Origin: Macrostomum lignano
Lineage: Eukaryota
NCBI GenBank assembly: GCA_002269645.1
Contig: NIVC01002514.1
Location: 64,972-128,971, forward strand
Length of the DNA: 64,000 nucleotides
Direction: 5' to 3'
Shown: positions 24,301 to 35,238 of the stretch, one piece after another
Layout of the letters: each line of letters begins with the position of its first letter
How positions within the stretch are numbered: the first letter of the stretch is position 1
Position numbers and translations under genes: made by a program
The notes under the pieces: model-generated
Told to the model about the DNA's origin: nothing
Database searches by the model: none
Seen by the model: the letters and a program-made list of their open reading frames with translations, nothing else

Positions 24301-27300
24301 TCTCTTTTCAGGCAAGTCCTCAGCACACATGCATTTGTTACCATTACCGATGGCGAAGTATTTCAATTTGCTGTAGAGATCACGCCTTATACACTCGGTA
24401 GCGCAAATCAGGTGTGAGCCGTGCGACATCTCTTTGATGGCTATCGATTCGTACTCGGCCTCATAAAAGTCATTATATGCCATGTAGCATGCCTCCATAG
24501 AACCTGAAGCATTAATTAACACCAAGTGAGCAGATATACACAAACTAATGGTCATATTTTCAATAAAATCATGCAGAAATATCCAACAGATCATGCATCA
24601 AAATGAACTCAAATTGTTACTCACTTGGAAGAACTGGATAGACCTTCGCTCCCTGCTTGAATTTATCTAAATGGGAAAATTGTTGGGGTTGGAATCGGTA
24701 GAGAGCATTTTACATCAGCTTGAGCAGATTTCCAGATTAAATGGAGATAAAATGAGGGAGGAGAGCAGCTCAACTGGAAGCATTGCAAGACTCGTGAGAA
24801 GAATTGAAGTCTCATTGGAGAATCGTATACAATGGTAAGATGTGAACAAAGGCAAATTTCCAAAAATGAATACTCGCCTGTTTTCGGAGGAGTAAGTGTT
24901 GAACTAAGGCGAAAATATGCCAGATTATATAGACCACCGCACGATTCCCTGTGATTTCCTGGGCATCGGAGCGAGCAACTTGTATTGGCCACCAATTTTA
25001 ATGAACCTCCTGGTACTCTCTTTTCAGGCAAGTCCTCAGCACACATGCATTTGTTACCATTACCGATGTCGAAGTATTTCAATTTGCTGTAGAGATCACG
25101 CCTTATACACTCGGTAGCGCAAATCAGGTGTGAGCCGTGCGACATCTCTTTGATGGCTATCGATTCGTACTCGGCCTCATAAAAGTCATTATATGCCATG
25201 TAGCATGCCTCCATAGAACCTGAAGCATTAATTAACACCAAGTGAGCAGATATACACAAACTAATGGTCATATTTTCAATAAAATCATGCAGAAATATCC
25301 AACAGATCATGCATCAAAATGAACTCAAATTGTTACTCACTTGGAAGAACTGGATAGACCTTCGCTCCCTGCTTGAATTTATCTAAATGGGAAAATTGTA
25401 GGGGTTGGAATCGGTAGAGAGCATTTTACATCAGCTTGAGCAGATTTCCAGATTAAATGGAGATAAAATGAGGGAGGAGAGCAGCTCAACTGGAAGCATT
25501 GCAAGACTCGTGAGAAGAATTGAAGTCTCATTGGAGAATCGTATACAATGGTAAGATGTGAACAAAGGCAAATTTCCAAAAATGAATACTCGCCTGTTTT
25601 CGGAGGAGTAAGTGTTGAACTAAGGCGAAAATATGCCAGATTATATAGACCACCGCACGATTCCCTGTGATTTCCTGGGCATCGGAGCGAGCAACTTGTA
25701 TTGGCCACCAATTTTAATGAACCTCCTGGTACTCTCTTTTCAGGCAAGTCCTCAGCACACATGCATTTGTTACCATTACCGATGGCGAAGTATTTCAATT
25801 TGCTGTAGAGATCACGCCTTATACACTCGGTAGCGCAAATCAGGTGTGAGCCGTGCGACATCTCTTTGATGGCTATCGATTCGTACTCGGCCTCATAAAA
25901 GTCACTATATGCCATGTAGCATGCCTCCATAGAACCTGAAGCATTAATTAACACCAAGTGAGCAGATATACACGAACTAATGGTCATATTTTCAATAAAA
26001 TCATGCAGAAATATCCAACAGATCATGCATCAAAATGAACTCAAATAGTTACTCACTTGGAAGAACTGGATAGACCTTCGCTCCCTGCTTGAATTTATCT
26101 AAATGGGAAAATTGTTGGGGTTGGAATCGGTAGAGAGCATTTTACATCAGCTTGAGCAGATGTCCAGATTAAATGGAGATAAAATGAGGGAGGAAAGCAG
26201 CTCAACTGGAAGCTTAGAGGAATCGCATGTGGACTTCAGTTTGCGAATCTGGGATTCCAACCTGTTTAGTAGTAAAGCGTGTGTGTTTCTGTACCCATTT
26301 TCACCTCAGTCAGAACCGGCTCATTTCACTGAATAGGTCGTACCTGCCTGATTTCTGAGAAAAGTGTTTTCTTTAGGCTGAAATACACTGTCCCATCCCC
26401 TGTGACCCGCAGTCATGCGCTGAGTTCTCTATCTGGCTTTCAAGGTAGAAGTGTTTTCCGGTCGCTGGCTTAAAGGTACAAGCTGATCGGGCATGGAGAG
26501 GGGGCTTACAGTATGTAGGGATATCGCTATTGGAAAATCAACTTTAAAGCCGAAGTCTCCTCACCTGGATTTCTCAAAGCGTTGTGCTCTTTCGGATCCT
26601 TCTGCGTTTCCGCAAGTGCAACAAGCTTAGCTGAAAGGCGGCAGTACTATCGTGAATGCAGCTCAGCATGAGCACAAGCTAAACCGTTTGTCAAAGGCAA
26701 GAAAAGCTATTGAGAAACAAAAATGAAAACAAAAAAATGCCAAACAAAATGAGGCCTCTCGATCCGGCCAAGAGGTCCTTTGGAACCTCACAATAGCAAT
26801 TTGGCACGCTCAGAATTTGTGTCTTCCGAACTCTCTACAGATAGTCGAATCGAATTTCCCTCTCTCTGCTCTCTCCTCTCTTTTCTCCTGCTTTTCTCTC
26901 TTCTCCTCTCTCCTATCTTCTTCTCTCCTTTTCTACTTTCTTTTTTCCATTTCCTCTCTCGCCTTTCTGCTCTCTCCTCTCTCTTCTTCTGCTTTTCTTC
27001 CTTTTCCCGTCTCCTCTCTCCTCTTCTCTCTTCTCACTTATTTCCTCGTTTCTTCTCTCCTGTCTCTCTTCTCTTTTCCCGCTCCTTTGTCCCCTCCTGT
27101 GACCCGCAGTCATGCGCTGAGTTCTCTATCTGGCTTTTCAGGTAAAAAAGCTTTGGGTCCCTGGCTTAAAGGGTACAAGCTGATCGGGCATATAGAGGGG
27201 GGCTTACAGTATGTAGGGATATCGCTATTGGAAAATCAACTTTAAAGCCGAAGTCTCCTCACCTGGATTTCTCAAAGCGTTGTGCTCTTTCGGATCCTTC

Positions 27301-27485
27301 TGCGTTTCCGGAAGTGCAACAAGCTTAGCTGAAAGGCGGCAGTATTATCGTGAATGCAGCTCAGCATGAGTACAAGCTAAAGCGCAGGAGAATAACCTAT
27401 ACTCACATTTCTTTGAGGAAGGGCAGCTCAAAGATCCGTAGATGGCTGCGCTCATGCAGAACAGAAGCAGAACCGCTCGGATCAT
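21311..27485 (-). CDS. Secreted protein with 7 tandem WSC carbohydrate-binding domains (~917 aa). Signal exon 27407-27485; 7 linker exons of 42 bp (26057-26098 and every -716 down to 21761-21802); WSC exons of 342 bp (25594-25935 and every -716 down to 22014-22355); terminal exon 21311-21639
   Basis: Signal peptide MIRAVLLLFCMSAAIYG; 8-Cys WSC pattern ACY...C...C...YFAIGNGNKCMC...C...CPG...CGG; all introns phase 1; donors T|GTGAGT, A|GTGAGT and AG|GCGAGT (GC-AG); exon sum 2754 nt = 918 codons. Confidence 0.8.
21340..26216 (-). repeat. 716-bp tandem array (~6.8 units, near-identical) forming the WSC gene body
   Basis: ORF starts and ends recur every 716 bp; 42+121+342+211=716. Confidence 0.95.
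26399..27381. repeat. ~285-bp direct duplication (26399-26683 / 27096-27381) with a CT-rich tract (~26860-27085) between the copies, in WSC gene intron 1
   Basis: Both copies start CCTGTGACCCGCAGTCATGCGC and end ACAAGCTAAA. Confidence 0.85.
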
Positions 27486-28304
27486 ATTTGAGTCGAGGCG
27501 AGTAATTAGATGAACTGATCCGCACAACCTTTTGTTGAACTTGTTAAGAACTGGCTTAGGTTTCTTCTTGTTTTTTCTAGTGCCGTCTGGCGAAACTTCG
27601 TGAAAAGTGCAATGAGGCGAAAAGTAGACATTCTGAGAGAGTCGCCACAGAAGCAACTGTACAATCCCAGTCAGTGGAGCTTTGGCCATAGACAGTTTGG
27701 ATGTTCGAGAACTCGATGAGGCAGATTTTCATTTCTGCCTTACTTTGCACACTGCGCTGTGAATGGTTTACTACTGCGAAAGTATGAAGAAATCCGAAAT
27801 TGAATTATTTTGTCACTCGTAGAAAATGCTTGTTCCATTTCATAAAGTTTTGCCGTCTAGCTAAAAGATAAAATATAGACTATCGGAAAGTGGAAAGCTG
27901 ACAGGAAGCTTTTTACGCTCTGTCATGGAATTCGATAGACAACACTACATCGACAAAAGAACCTTCAATCTCTTTAAGAATAGTTAAATTTCCCGCTATT
28001 TTCTCGACAGAACATTTTTTGGCTGTACAGTTCCGATAGTAGACTCTGAGCAACAAGTGGAGTAGAATCGTATTATTTTCTATTTTCACTGTGTATTTTT
28101 TGCGTATGTTGGCCCCCAGTTTTAATGTTGTGAGTGCTCTGTGTAGTAGAACTTTCACTACACAGAATTTAGATAATATTTGCACGATCGATAAATTAGG
28201 CCTTTCCGTGTGCGTGGCGCGCGAAGAGGACCAGTTTATTACTTTCCTTAATATGCAGCATGTCCATCGCCTAGGTTTAACTCTCCCTCTCACTCTCTCT
28301 TATC

Positions 28305-28758
28305 TAGGGATTGCAAAATCCCGGATTTGGCCAATCCAGGGATTGAATCCCGGGATCAGAAAAATACAGATTTTCGAGCTTCTAGGCAAAGAAAATATGC
28401 GCTTTAAGGCAAAAAAATATGCGCTAAACGCTTTTTTGCTCATTTTTTTATTGTTATAGAGAAAATGATCTATTTGTAGATGAAAAACAGCATTATCTTG
28501 TGACCTATTGAAGTAAGTAGTATAAATGTACTAATTAGTAGTAATTAAGAAGCAAATCATATCAAAATTTAAATTGGAATTAATTTCACATTTAAATCTG
28601 TGGTGCGGGGTTTAAAAAGGTGTCACACGACGTGAGGCAATTAACGGAAATTAGCGCAGTATAATAAACTAGTTGTGGGCCTAATTATGTTCATATTACA
28701 GCACTTTTTTAAAAAATACGAGTATTAACAAAAATTAGTCCCGGGATTGCAATCCCTA
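28305..28758. mobile_element. hAT-type MITE (454 bp)
   Basis: TIR TAGGGATTGCAA / TTGCAATCCCTA; 8-bp TSD CTCTTATC at 28297-28304 and 28759-28766. Confidence 0.9.
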
Positions 28759-28866
28759 CTCTTATCTCTCTCGGCTTTTACGACCGCCTGTTGCTAAATT
28801 TAGCTTTTTACAAAGTGTTGGTTTATTTTAGGGAAGGTTGTGAACTGAATTTATGTGCTAGAAAAG

Positions 28867-29141
28867 GGTCGCTTTCATAAGACCGAAATTTCACAACGCC
28901 GAAAACTATTGCACGATCCTTCACAAGACCGAAACTTCATAAGACCGAAATTTCACAACGCCGAAAACTCAAAATACAGGGCCTTTCACAAGACCAAAAT
29001 TTCACATCGTAGAAAACTTAATACAATAAGGAGCATGCAGAATTTTCGGCGTTGTGAAATTTCGGTCTTAATGAAGTTTTGGTCTTGTGAAGTATGGTGT
29101 TTCGGCGTTGTGAAATTTCGGTCTTAAAATCCCCCCCCCCC
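28867..29141. mobile_element. MITE with long palindromic arms and a 9-bp TSD (Mutator-like)
   Basis: Inverted TAAGACCGAAATTTCACAACGCCGAAA arms; direct repeat CTAGAAAAG at 28858-28866 and 29142-29150. Confidence 0.75.
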
Positions 29142-32100
29142 CTAGAAAAGGCCTAATCTACATGCGCTAAGGCAGCAAAGAGGGGTGAAAATACTTTTCT
29201 ATTTGTCCAACTAGCGATTGGACACTGCATGGCTACAGCCCTGCCACCATGCGGACTACTATAGCCGTCAGTAAAGCAGAGCTTCGCTTCGGGACAGCGC
29301 CTTAATGGCAGGGCTAATGCATCTGGCAGCCTCCGGTGGTGTGCAGTCCCCAATCCGGAAGAAGCTCGCGGTGCTGCCGCAGCTAGGCAAGAACTACTCA
29401 GGTAAAGAAGAACGGGAAGCGATGTTTCTTGGAAAATTTTGAAGCAGGTTTCACCCGAAAAATAGCTCGTACGGGTGTTTTTTCATCTCCATAAGAATTA
29501 AGATCAAGGACCACTAGGAACACTTTGTTATTGATTAAGATTTTTGATGGGTTTCGACCTTTCAGGCCCCTTGTGAGGAAGCCTTCGGGCCTCAGGCTCA
29601 GAAACGAATCACTAAGAGACCTGGCCCCCACTCCTGTCAGATGGTCAGCCCCATGGTAGCTTGATCGTGTGGCGAGCAGTCTAGGTCCTATAGCTAAGAG
29701 AGGGACAGCGAGAGACGAGCAGGGAGAATTTCGAAGGTAGAAATTAGCTAATCCGCAGATCAACTAACTCGCTGCCACCAGCCCGTGCGCCCTGGCTCAC
29801 CACACCGGGGCTCTCGAAATCGGGCTTCCGACTAGAAGGGCTTTGCACTTACCTGCCAACTAGTGTCTTTTTGCTGTCAATCTCGAAGTCATAGCCGATG
29901 ATAAGGGACACTGCTGGGACTAGATCGCATTGGCCATGCAGGTACAGAGGGGACTTGTGCAGGGGATTCTTGCAGTGGCGAGACTATGGGGTAGCTACAT
30001 GTACTATTACATTGCTAAATACGAAGAATTGTTCTTTTGGCCCTCAACGCGCCAACTAGCCTCTCATAGCGCTGATGATAGACTAACTCGAACTTCAGAG
30101 ACCGCATGATTCATTACCCGAGCCGCTTGGCTAACCTGGAGTGCACAAAGTACATCTCTGGCGCCGATTCTGCACTTCTGGCAGTTTTGCTCACTGATTT
30201 GATTGATTGATCGACTGAGAACCGCCTTGCCATTGGTCCACTGTGACCGGCGCCTACTAGCTTAGCTACTCATCTGAGCCATCGGTGAACAAAGAAATAA
30301 AACCGATAAAAATAACTGTCAGATTTAACCTTCTCCTTAGATCACTTCACACTTCAGATTGAATTGGAGCTTCAGACTACTAGCAGTATTATTGAATGAT
30401 TTCTGCCTCAGCAACAGCACTACTGAACAAAATGAGCAAAAGTGTGCGCCTAATTCAGCTACTGCAACAGGGGACAGATAAGGGATCACCCAATCAAGCA
30501 AGTCTAGATAGCCTCTCACCCAACCAATCAGAAACTCAACAGCCGGTGACCAGGTAATCCACAGTGACCGAATCGGCTTGATGCCCTGCAGCTGTAGACT
30601 CGGGATGATGCTGTCACAGTCTTCGCTGTTAGCTAGCAGGTGATGCTCTTCTCTTGATGTTCGCTGCTGATGACCGGGGGACTCGTCCTTGATGATGATG
30701 GGGGGAGTCGCAATCCGGGGATCAAGAAACGACGGTCAGGCCGGGGAAAGAGTTCCTGGCCGAGAGCAAGCGAAAAGTTACGAAGTTGCAATCCGAGCGG
30801 GCCAAAAACTCCGGTTTAAATAGCCGCCAACTGGACCGCAGTTTTTTATAATGGAACACGTCGATTCTGATTGGCTGAGCCGTTTTGTTAAAATGAGCGC
30901 CGAATTTTCTGATTGGCTAAGCTTGTTGCCACCCAGAATCACGTGACCGAGAGATCCTATCAGTTCCCACAGGGTCGTAAAAAGATGACAGGTGCGGCCA
31001 TAAATCACTCAAAATCGCAACAAAATGATTTATGACTTTTCGCGTAGGATTGACAGAAATCAATGAAAAAATATACATTAAAAAGCTCTTATTAAATAGA
31101 AAGTGAAGATAATGAAGAGAAATTGCTAATCGCTAATCCCAAAGTACTTTAAGGGGTAAAACGCATAGCTGTCAAAGCTGTCACACGCTTGAGTGAACCC
31201 GAACAATAGGCTCTGACCTCATAAATCTTGATGGCCTGTCAAAATGATGAGAAAAAAGCTACCGCCCGCATCCTCTCAGACCATCTGGCGCCCGTCTCAA
31301 CACTGAGTGAGGCGCAGGTGGCTGTCAGACCAGCTTCGAAAGCGATGATTTATGACCAAAAAGCAACGCCTATGTTATTATGACTACTAGTATGGCCAGA
31401 CATTATATCTAGTATAGATTTATGACTATTCGCAGAAAAAGGATAAAAATGCCCATCGCCCACTGTTAGTAGGCTAGTAAGTTTAGAGCCCATGTGCTGG
31501 CGCGGGATTTGGGAAAAAGTGCGTCCTCATCATTTTACTCTTAGATAGGATACTGCCATTTAACTGCGAAGATTTCAGTTAGGGCTTAGTTAGCAGCGGT
31601 TATCCGGCATACTCGCATTGTCCAGTGAAACTAAACTCAAGTGAAGTTCAGTAGGTTGAAAAATTGTACCCTACTTAGTTTTGTGGTGAATTTTTTAAAG
31701 TGAAATAAATTAATTTCCTGCGCAATAAATAAAACAAATGCAACAAGTACTACCATATTGCTGATAAGTAGTAAGTCTCAGATCGTGGCGCAAAAAATAC
31801 GGTCACTGTTGATGATTTTAATTAAAACAAAAAACATATAATAGTACATGATGCAACTAAATTCAACTGATGGTAATAAAATATTGTACTACAGGAAAAA
31901 ATAGTAAATCAGCTGCATTCGAAATTTGAGAATTTGATTTCTTGTGAAGATTTTAACAATAATGAAATAAACTGTTTATAATTACTATTAAAATAAGTTC
32001 CAACACCCAATAAGCTTCAAGCAAAGGCAAAGGCAAGCGATAAATAATAAAAAACAAAAAACCAAACGTGCAGACTGGGACAACACATTTGTTTAAAATT

Positions 32101-32149
32101 GAAAATTGTTTTTTTTTCAACAAAAAAGCCCTACATAAGTTGATTACGC

Positions 32150-32575
32150 TACATATCGGCAAAAATCACTTCGAACTTTTCTAGACCACACAATGCATAA
32201 TCTAATCTAACCCTAACCCTAACCCTAATCTAATATCTGCCTAAAAAAGGCTAGATTCTATAAACATAGCCGTCGAAATGAGATAACTCTAAATTTAGTA
32301 GAAGCAAAAGCTCATTACGATACATATCGGCAAAAATAGTTACAAACCTTCAGGCTGGTAAAAATGTTTTCGATACATATCGGCAAAAAAACTTTACAAA
32401 CCTTCGGGCTAAAACTATTTCCGCTACAGATCGGTAAATAACAAACTTACGGGCTAATAAAATTATTTTCGATACATATCGGCAAAAAACCCTACAAACC
32501 TTCAGGCTAAAACTATTTCCGCTACATATCGGTAATACGGGCTAATAAAACTATTTTCGATACATATCGGCAAAG
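32150..32575. repeat. Degenerate ~50-bp repeat built on the near-palindrome CGATACATATCG, next to a short (CCCTAA)n run
   Basis: About 7 copies of the motif; TAACCCTAACCCTAACCCTAA at ~32208. Confidence 0.7.
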
Positions 32576-32675
32576 AAAAAAAAGTTTATAAAAGCGCTAC
32601 ATGCTAAGCTACAGACAGCTTTAGCAATCGGTTATTGTTGCTGTCGGTTGCTTGTTGAGAATTTAATCCTCCGAC

Positions 32676-34344
32676 TCAAGCCTCCGAAGTGGAGCCTCTC
32701 CTGTCCTGCTGCTGAGATCGCTTGGCAGCCAGCAGGCGCTGCTGCAAGCCAGCGGCGAATCTCTTCGCTCCCGGGCCCGTGAGCGACTGCGTCGCCGACA
32801 CTCCCGGCAGAGCCGACGACGACGACGGAGCGCCGACGGCAGCGGCACCGACGCCGGTCTCAATAGCATTCTCGTGCTCGCTCTCCGACATGCGACGTCG
32901 AATGAGAGGCCGACGCGGCCTGAGCAGCATGCCTTCGAGTAGGCGCATTGTGTCGGACTCGGACGCCGAACCGGCGCTCGAAGTTCGACGCCGATTGGCA
33001 CCGGGATGCTGCGGCTGATGAAGAGATGAGAATAGCGAGGCTCTTTAGTCTTTATGTCGCGCTAGGTAGCATGGTCTCTAAAGGCCAGAGTCTTAAAGAG
33101 GCCCCACAACAGCTCATTTAGGTCCCGTGATGATTTATTTATAGGCTTCACGAAGACACATTTAGGTCGAAAGAGGATTCCTATAAGTCCCGTGAGGACA
33201 CATTTAGATAGGTCTTGTGAGGACTCATTTATAGGATTCGTGAGGAGTCATTTAGATACCGTGAGGAGTCATTTAGATCCCGTGAGCAGTCATTTAGTTC
33301 CCGTGAGGACTTTTTTATAGGCTTCGTGAGGACTCATTTAGGTCCCGTGAAGAGTAATTTAGGTCTTGCGAGAGCTCATTTTTATGATTCATGAGGAGTC
33401 ATTTAAATCCCGTGAGGAGTCATTTAGGTCCCGTGATGACACATTTAGATGGCGTGAGGACTCATTTAGGTCCCATGAGGACTCATTTAGGTCCAGTAAG
33501 GATTCATTTAGGTCCAGTAAGGACTCATTTAGGTCCAGTAAGGACTCATTTAGGTCCAGTAAGGACTCATTTAGGTTCAGTAAGGACTCATTTAGGTCCC
33601 ATGAGGACTCATTTAGGTTCAGTAAGGACTCATTTAGGTCCAGTAAGGACTCATTTAGGTCCAGTAAGGACTCATTTAGGTCCAGTAAGGACTCATTTAG
33701 GTTCAGTAAGGACTCATTTAGGTCCCATGAGGACTCATTTAGGTTCAGTAAGGACTCATTTAGGTCCAGTAAGGACTCATTTAGGTCCAGTAAGGACTCA
33801 TTTAGGTCCAGTAAGGACTCATTTAGGTCCAGTAAGGACTCATTTATAGGCTTCGTAAGGACTCATTCAGGTCTCATAAGATGTGACTGCGTACACCCGT
33901 GTGGGTCTCAGCTCTTACCTGCTGACCATGATCGGCCGGCGCTTTGATCAGTTCGCACTGCACACCGGCATCGGACATTGTGGCGACTGTCATTGCGGCA
34001 GCGGCGGCGGCGGCGGCAGCGGCCTGGCCGTTGGCCGGAGTAGCAGCGGCGCCAGTGGCCTTCTCGATGTCGACAGCGCCACTGTCTGCGCCAGCGGCGG
34101 TGCCGTCAGCTTCAAGATGACCGGCGCCGCCAGGGCCGCTTAAAATTTTATGACGCTTAGCGCGTCGCAAGCCAGGATCGTCAATATACAGCAGCAGAGC
34201 TTGTACCAAGGCGAACACCAGAGTGCCTAGTAAGGGGGCGGTGATGTTTACCCACAGGGGCCAGTAGGCCAGGTCCTGCGGCCTCGGAGGCGTCTGAGTA
34301 GTTGTCCAGGCAACGCTCGGCGAGTTTGGAGCTTCGGTAGCCAT
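32676..34344 (-). CDS. Uncharacterised single-pass membrane protein with a low-complexity tail (~254 aa). Exons 33919-34344 and 32676-33014
   Basis: TM segment VNITAPLLGTLVFALVQALLLYI followed by DDPGLRRAKRHK; donor CAG|GTAAGA and acceptor TTCATCAG| are both phase 0; ends ...STSEA*. Confidence 0.7.
33130..33870 (+). repeat. 21-bp minisatellite (AGGACTCATTTAGGTCCAGTA), intronic
   Basis: Read directly, degenerate towards the left end. Confidence 0.95.
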
Positions 34345-34394
34345 ACGGTTTGTTAGGGTAGACTAGCATGCAATGCAGGTATCAAAATAGTGTT

Positions 34395-34790
34395 TTCGAT
34401 ACATATCGGTAGCCAGTTTGGGGATCATATGATTCAACTAGCTAGGACGAGTGTAAATATAGTTTTTCGATACATATCGGTAGCCATTTTTGGGATCATA
34501 TGATCCAATTAACTAGAACGAGTGTAAATATAGTCTTTGATACATATCGGTAGCCATTTTAGGGATGGTATAGTTCAACTAGCTAGGAATAGTTTAAACA
34601 TAGTTTTCGATACATATCGGTACCCATTTTAGGGATCACATGATCCAATTAGCTAGGACGAGTGTAAATATAGTCTTCGATACATATCGGTAGCCATTTA
34701 GGGATCACATGATTCAATTAGATAGAACGAGTGTAAATATAGTCTTCGATACATATCGGTAGCCTTTTAGGGATGGTATGGTTCAACTAG
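34395..34790. repeat. ~70-bp tandem repeat carrying CGATACATATCGG, 6 copies
   Basis: Motif recurs at ~34398, 34469, 34539, 34609, 34680 and 34749. Confidence 0.85.
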
Positions 34791-35238
34791 CTAGGAAAAG
34801 TTTAAACATAAACAATAAACAAACTAGCTAGGACTGGTTTAAATATATATTTTAATGTATACCGTAGGCATTAAAGTACTGATGGTAACTCTTACAGATA
34901 AGGCATTTAGTAATAAATAGATGAAAATGCAAGTTATCACAGCCAAAAGCTAAGAATACATTATAAGCACAGTGATTTTTCGATACTAAGTAAAACAAAA
35001 CGGAATGTAATTTTAAATCACTGCTTTCAATTTATAATAATACACTAATTCGTCTTATCAGGCATGATTGAATCAATTTATCATAGGTATAGATAAGACT
35101 AAGATATTGGGAAAAAACATACACAATTAGAACTCAGATGCAATTAAAACTGTCATGAAGCGAAAGATTGGATTAGTGAAAACTGAAAATGGTTGCTAGG
35201 ATCTTTAAATAGGCTTAAACTAATTAAATAGGCGGTGC

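Noticed and set aside
21799-26026. Six separate 215-aa WSC genes as listed in the ORF track
   Set aside because: Their N- and C-terminal parts are intron sequence. Splice signals and the single signal-peptide exon fit one multi-exon gene better.
29545-29585. Possible Penelope-type hammerhead ribozyme (minus strand CTGAAAGGTCGAAAC)
   Set aside because: The core does not match CUGANGA and I found no flanking stems or RT/GIY-YIG sequence.
29150-31400. GC-richer stretch with CCAAT boxes and a CACGTG motif as a gene or promoter
   Set aside because: No coherent exon chain or recognisable protein; probably TE-derived but unassignable by eye.
15238-32230. True telomere or chromosome fusion point
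   Set aside because: The runs are only 3-4 repeats long and most are embedded in a repeated element.
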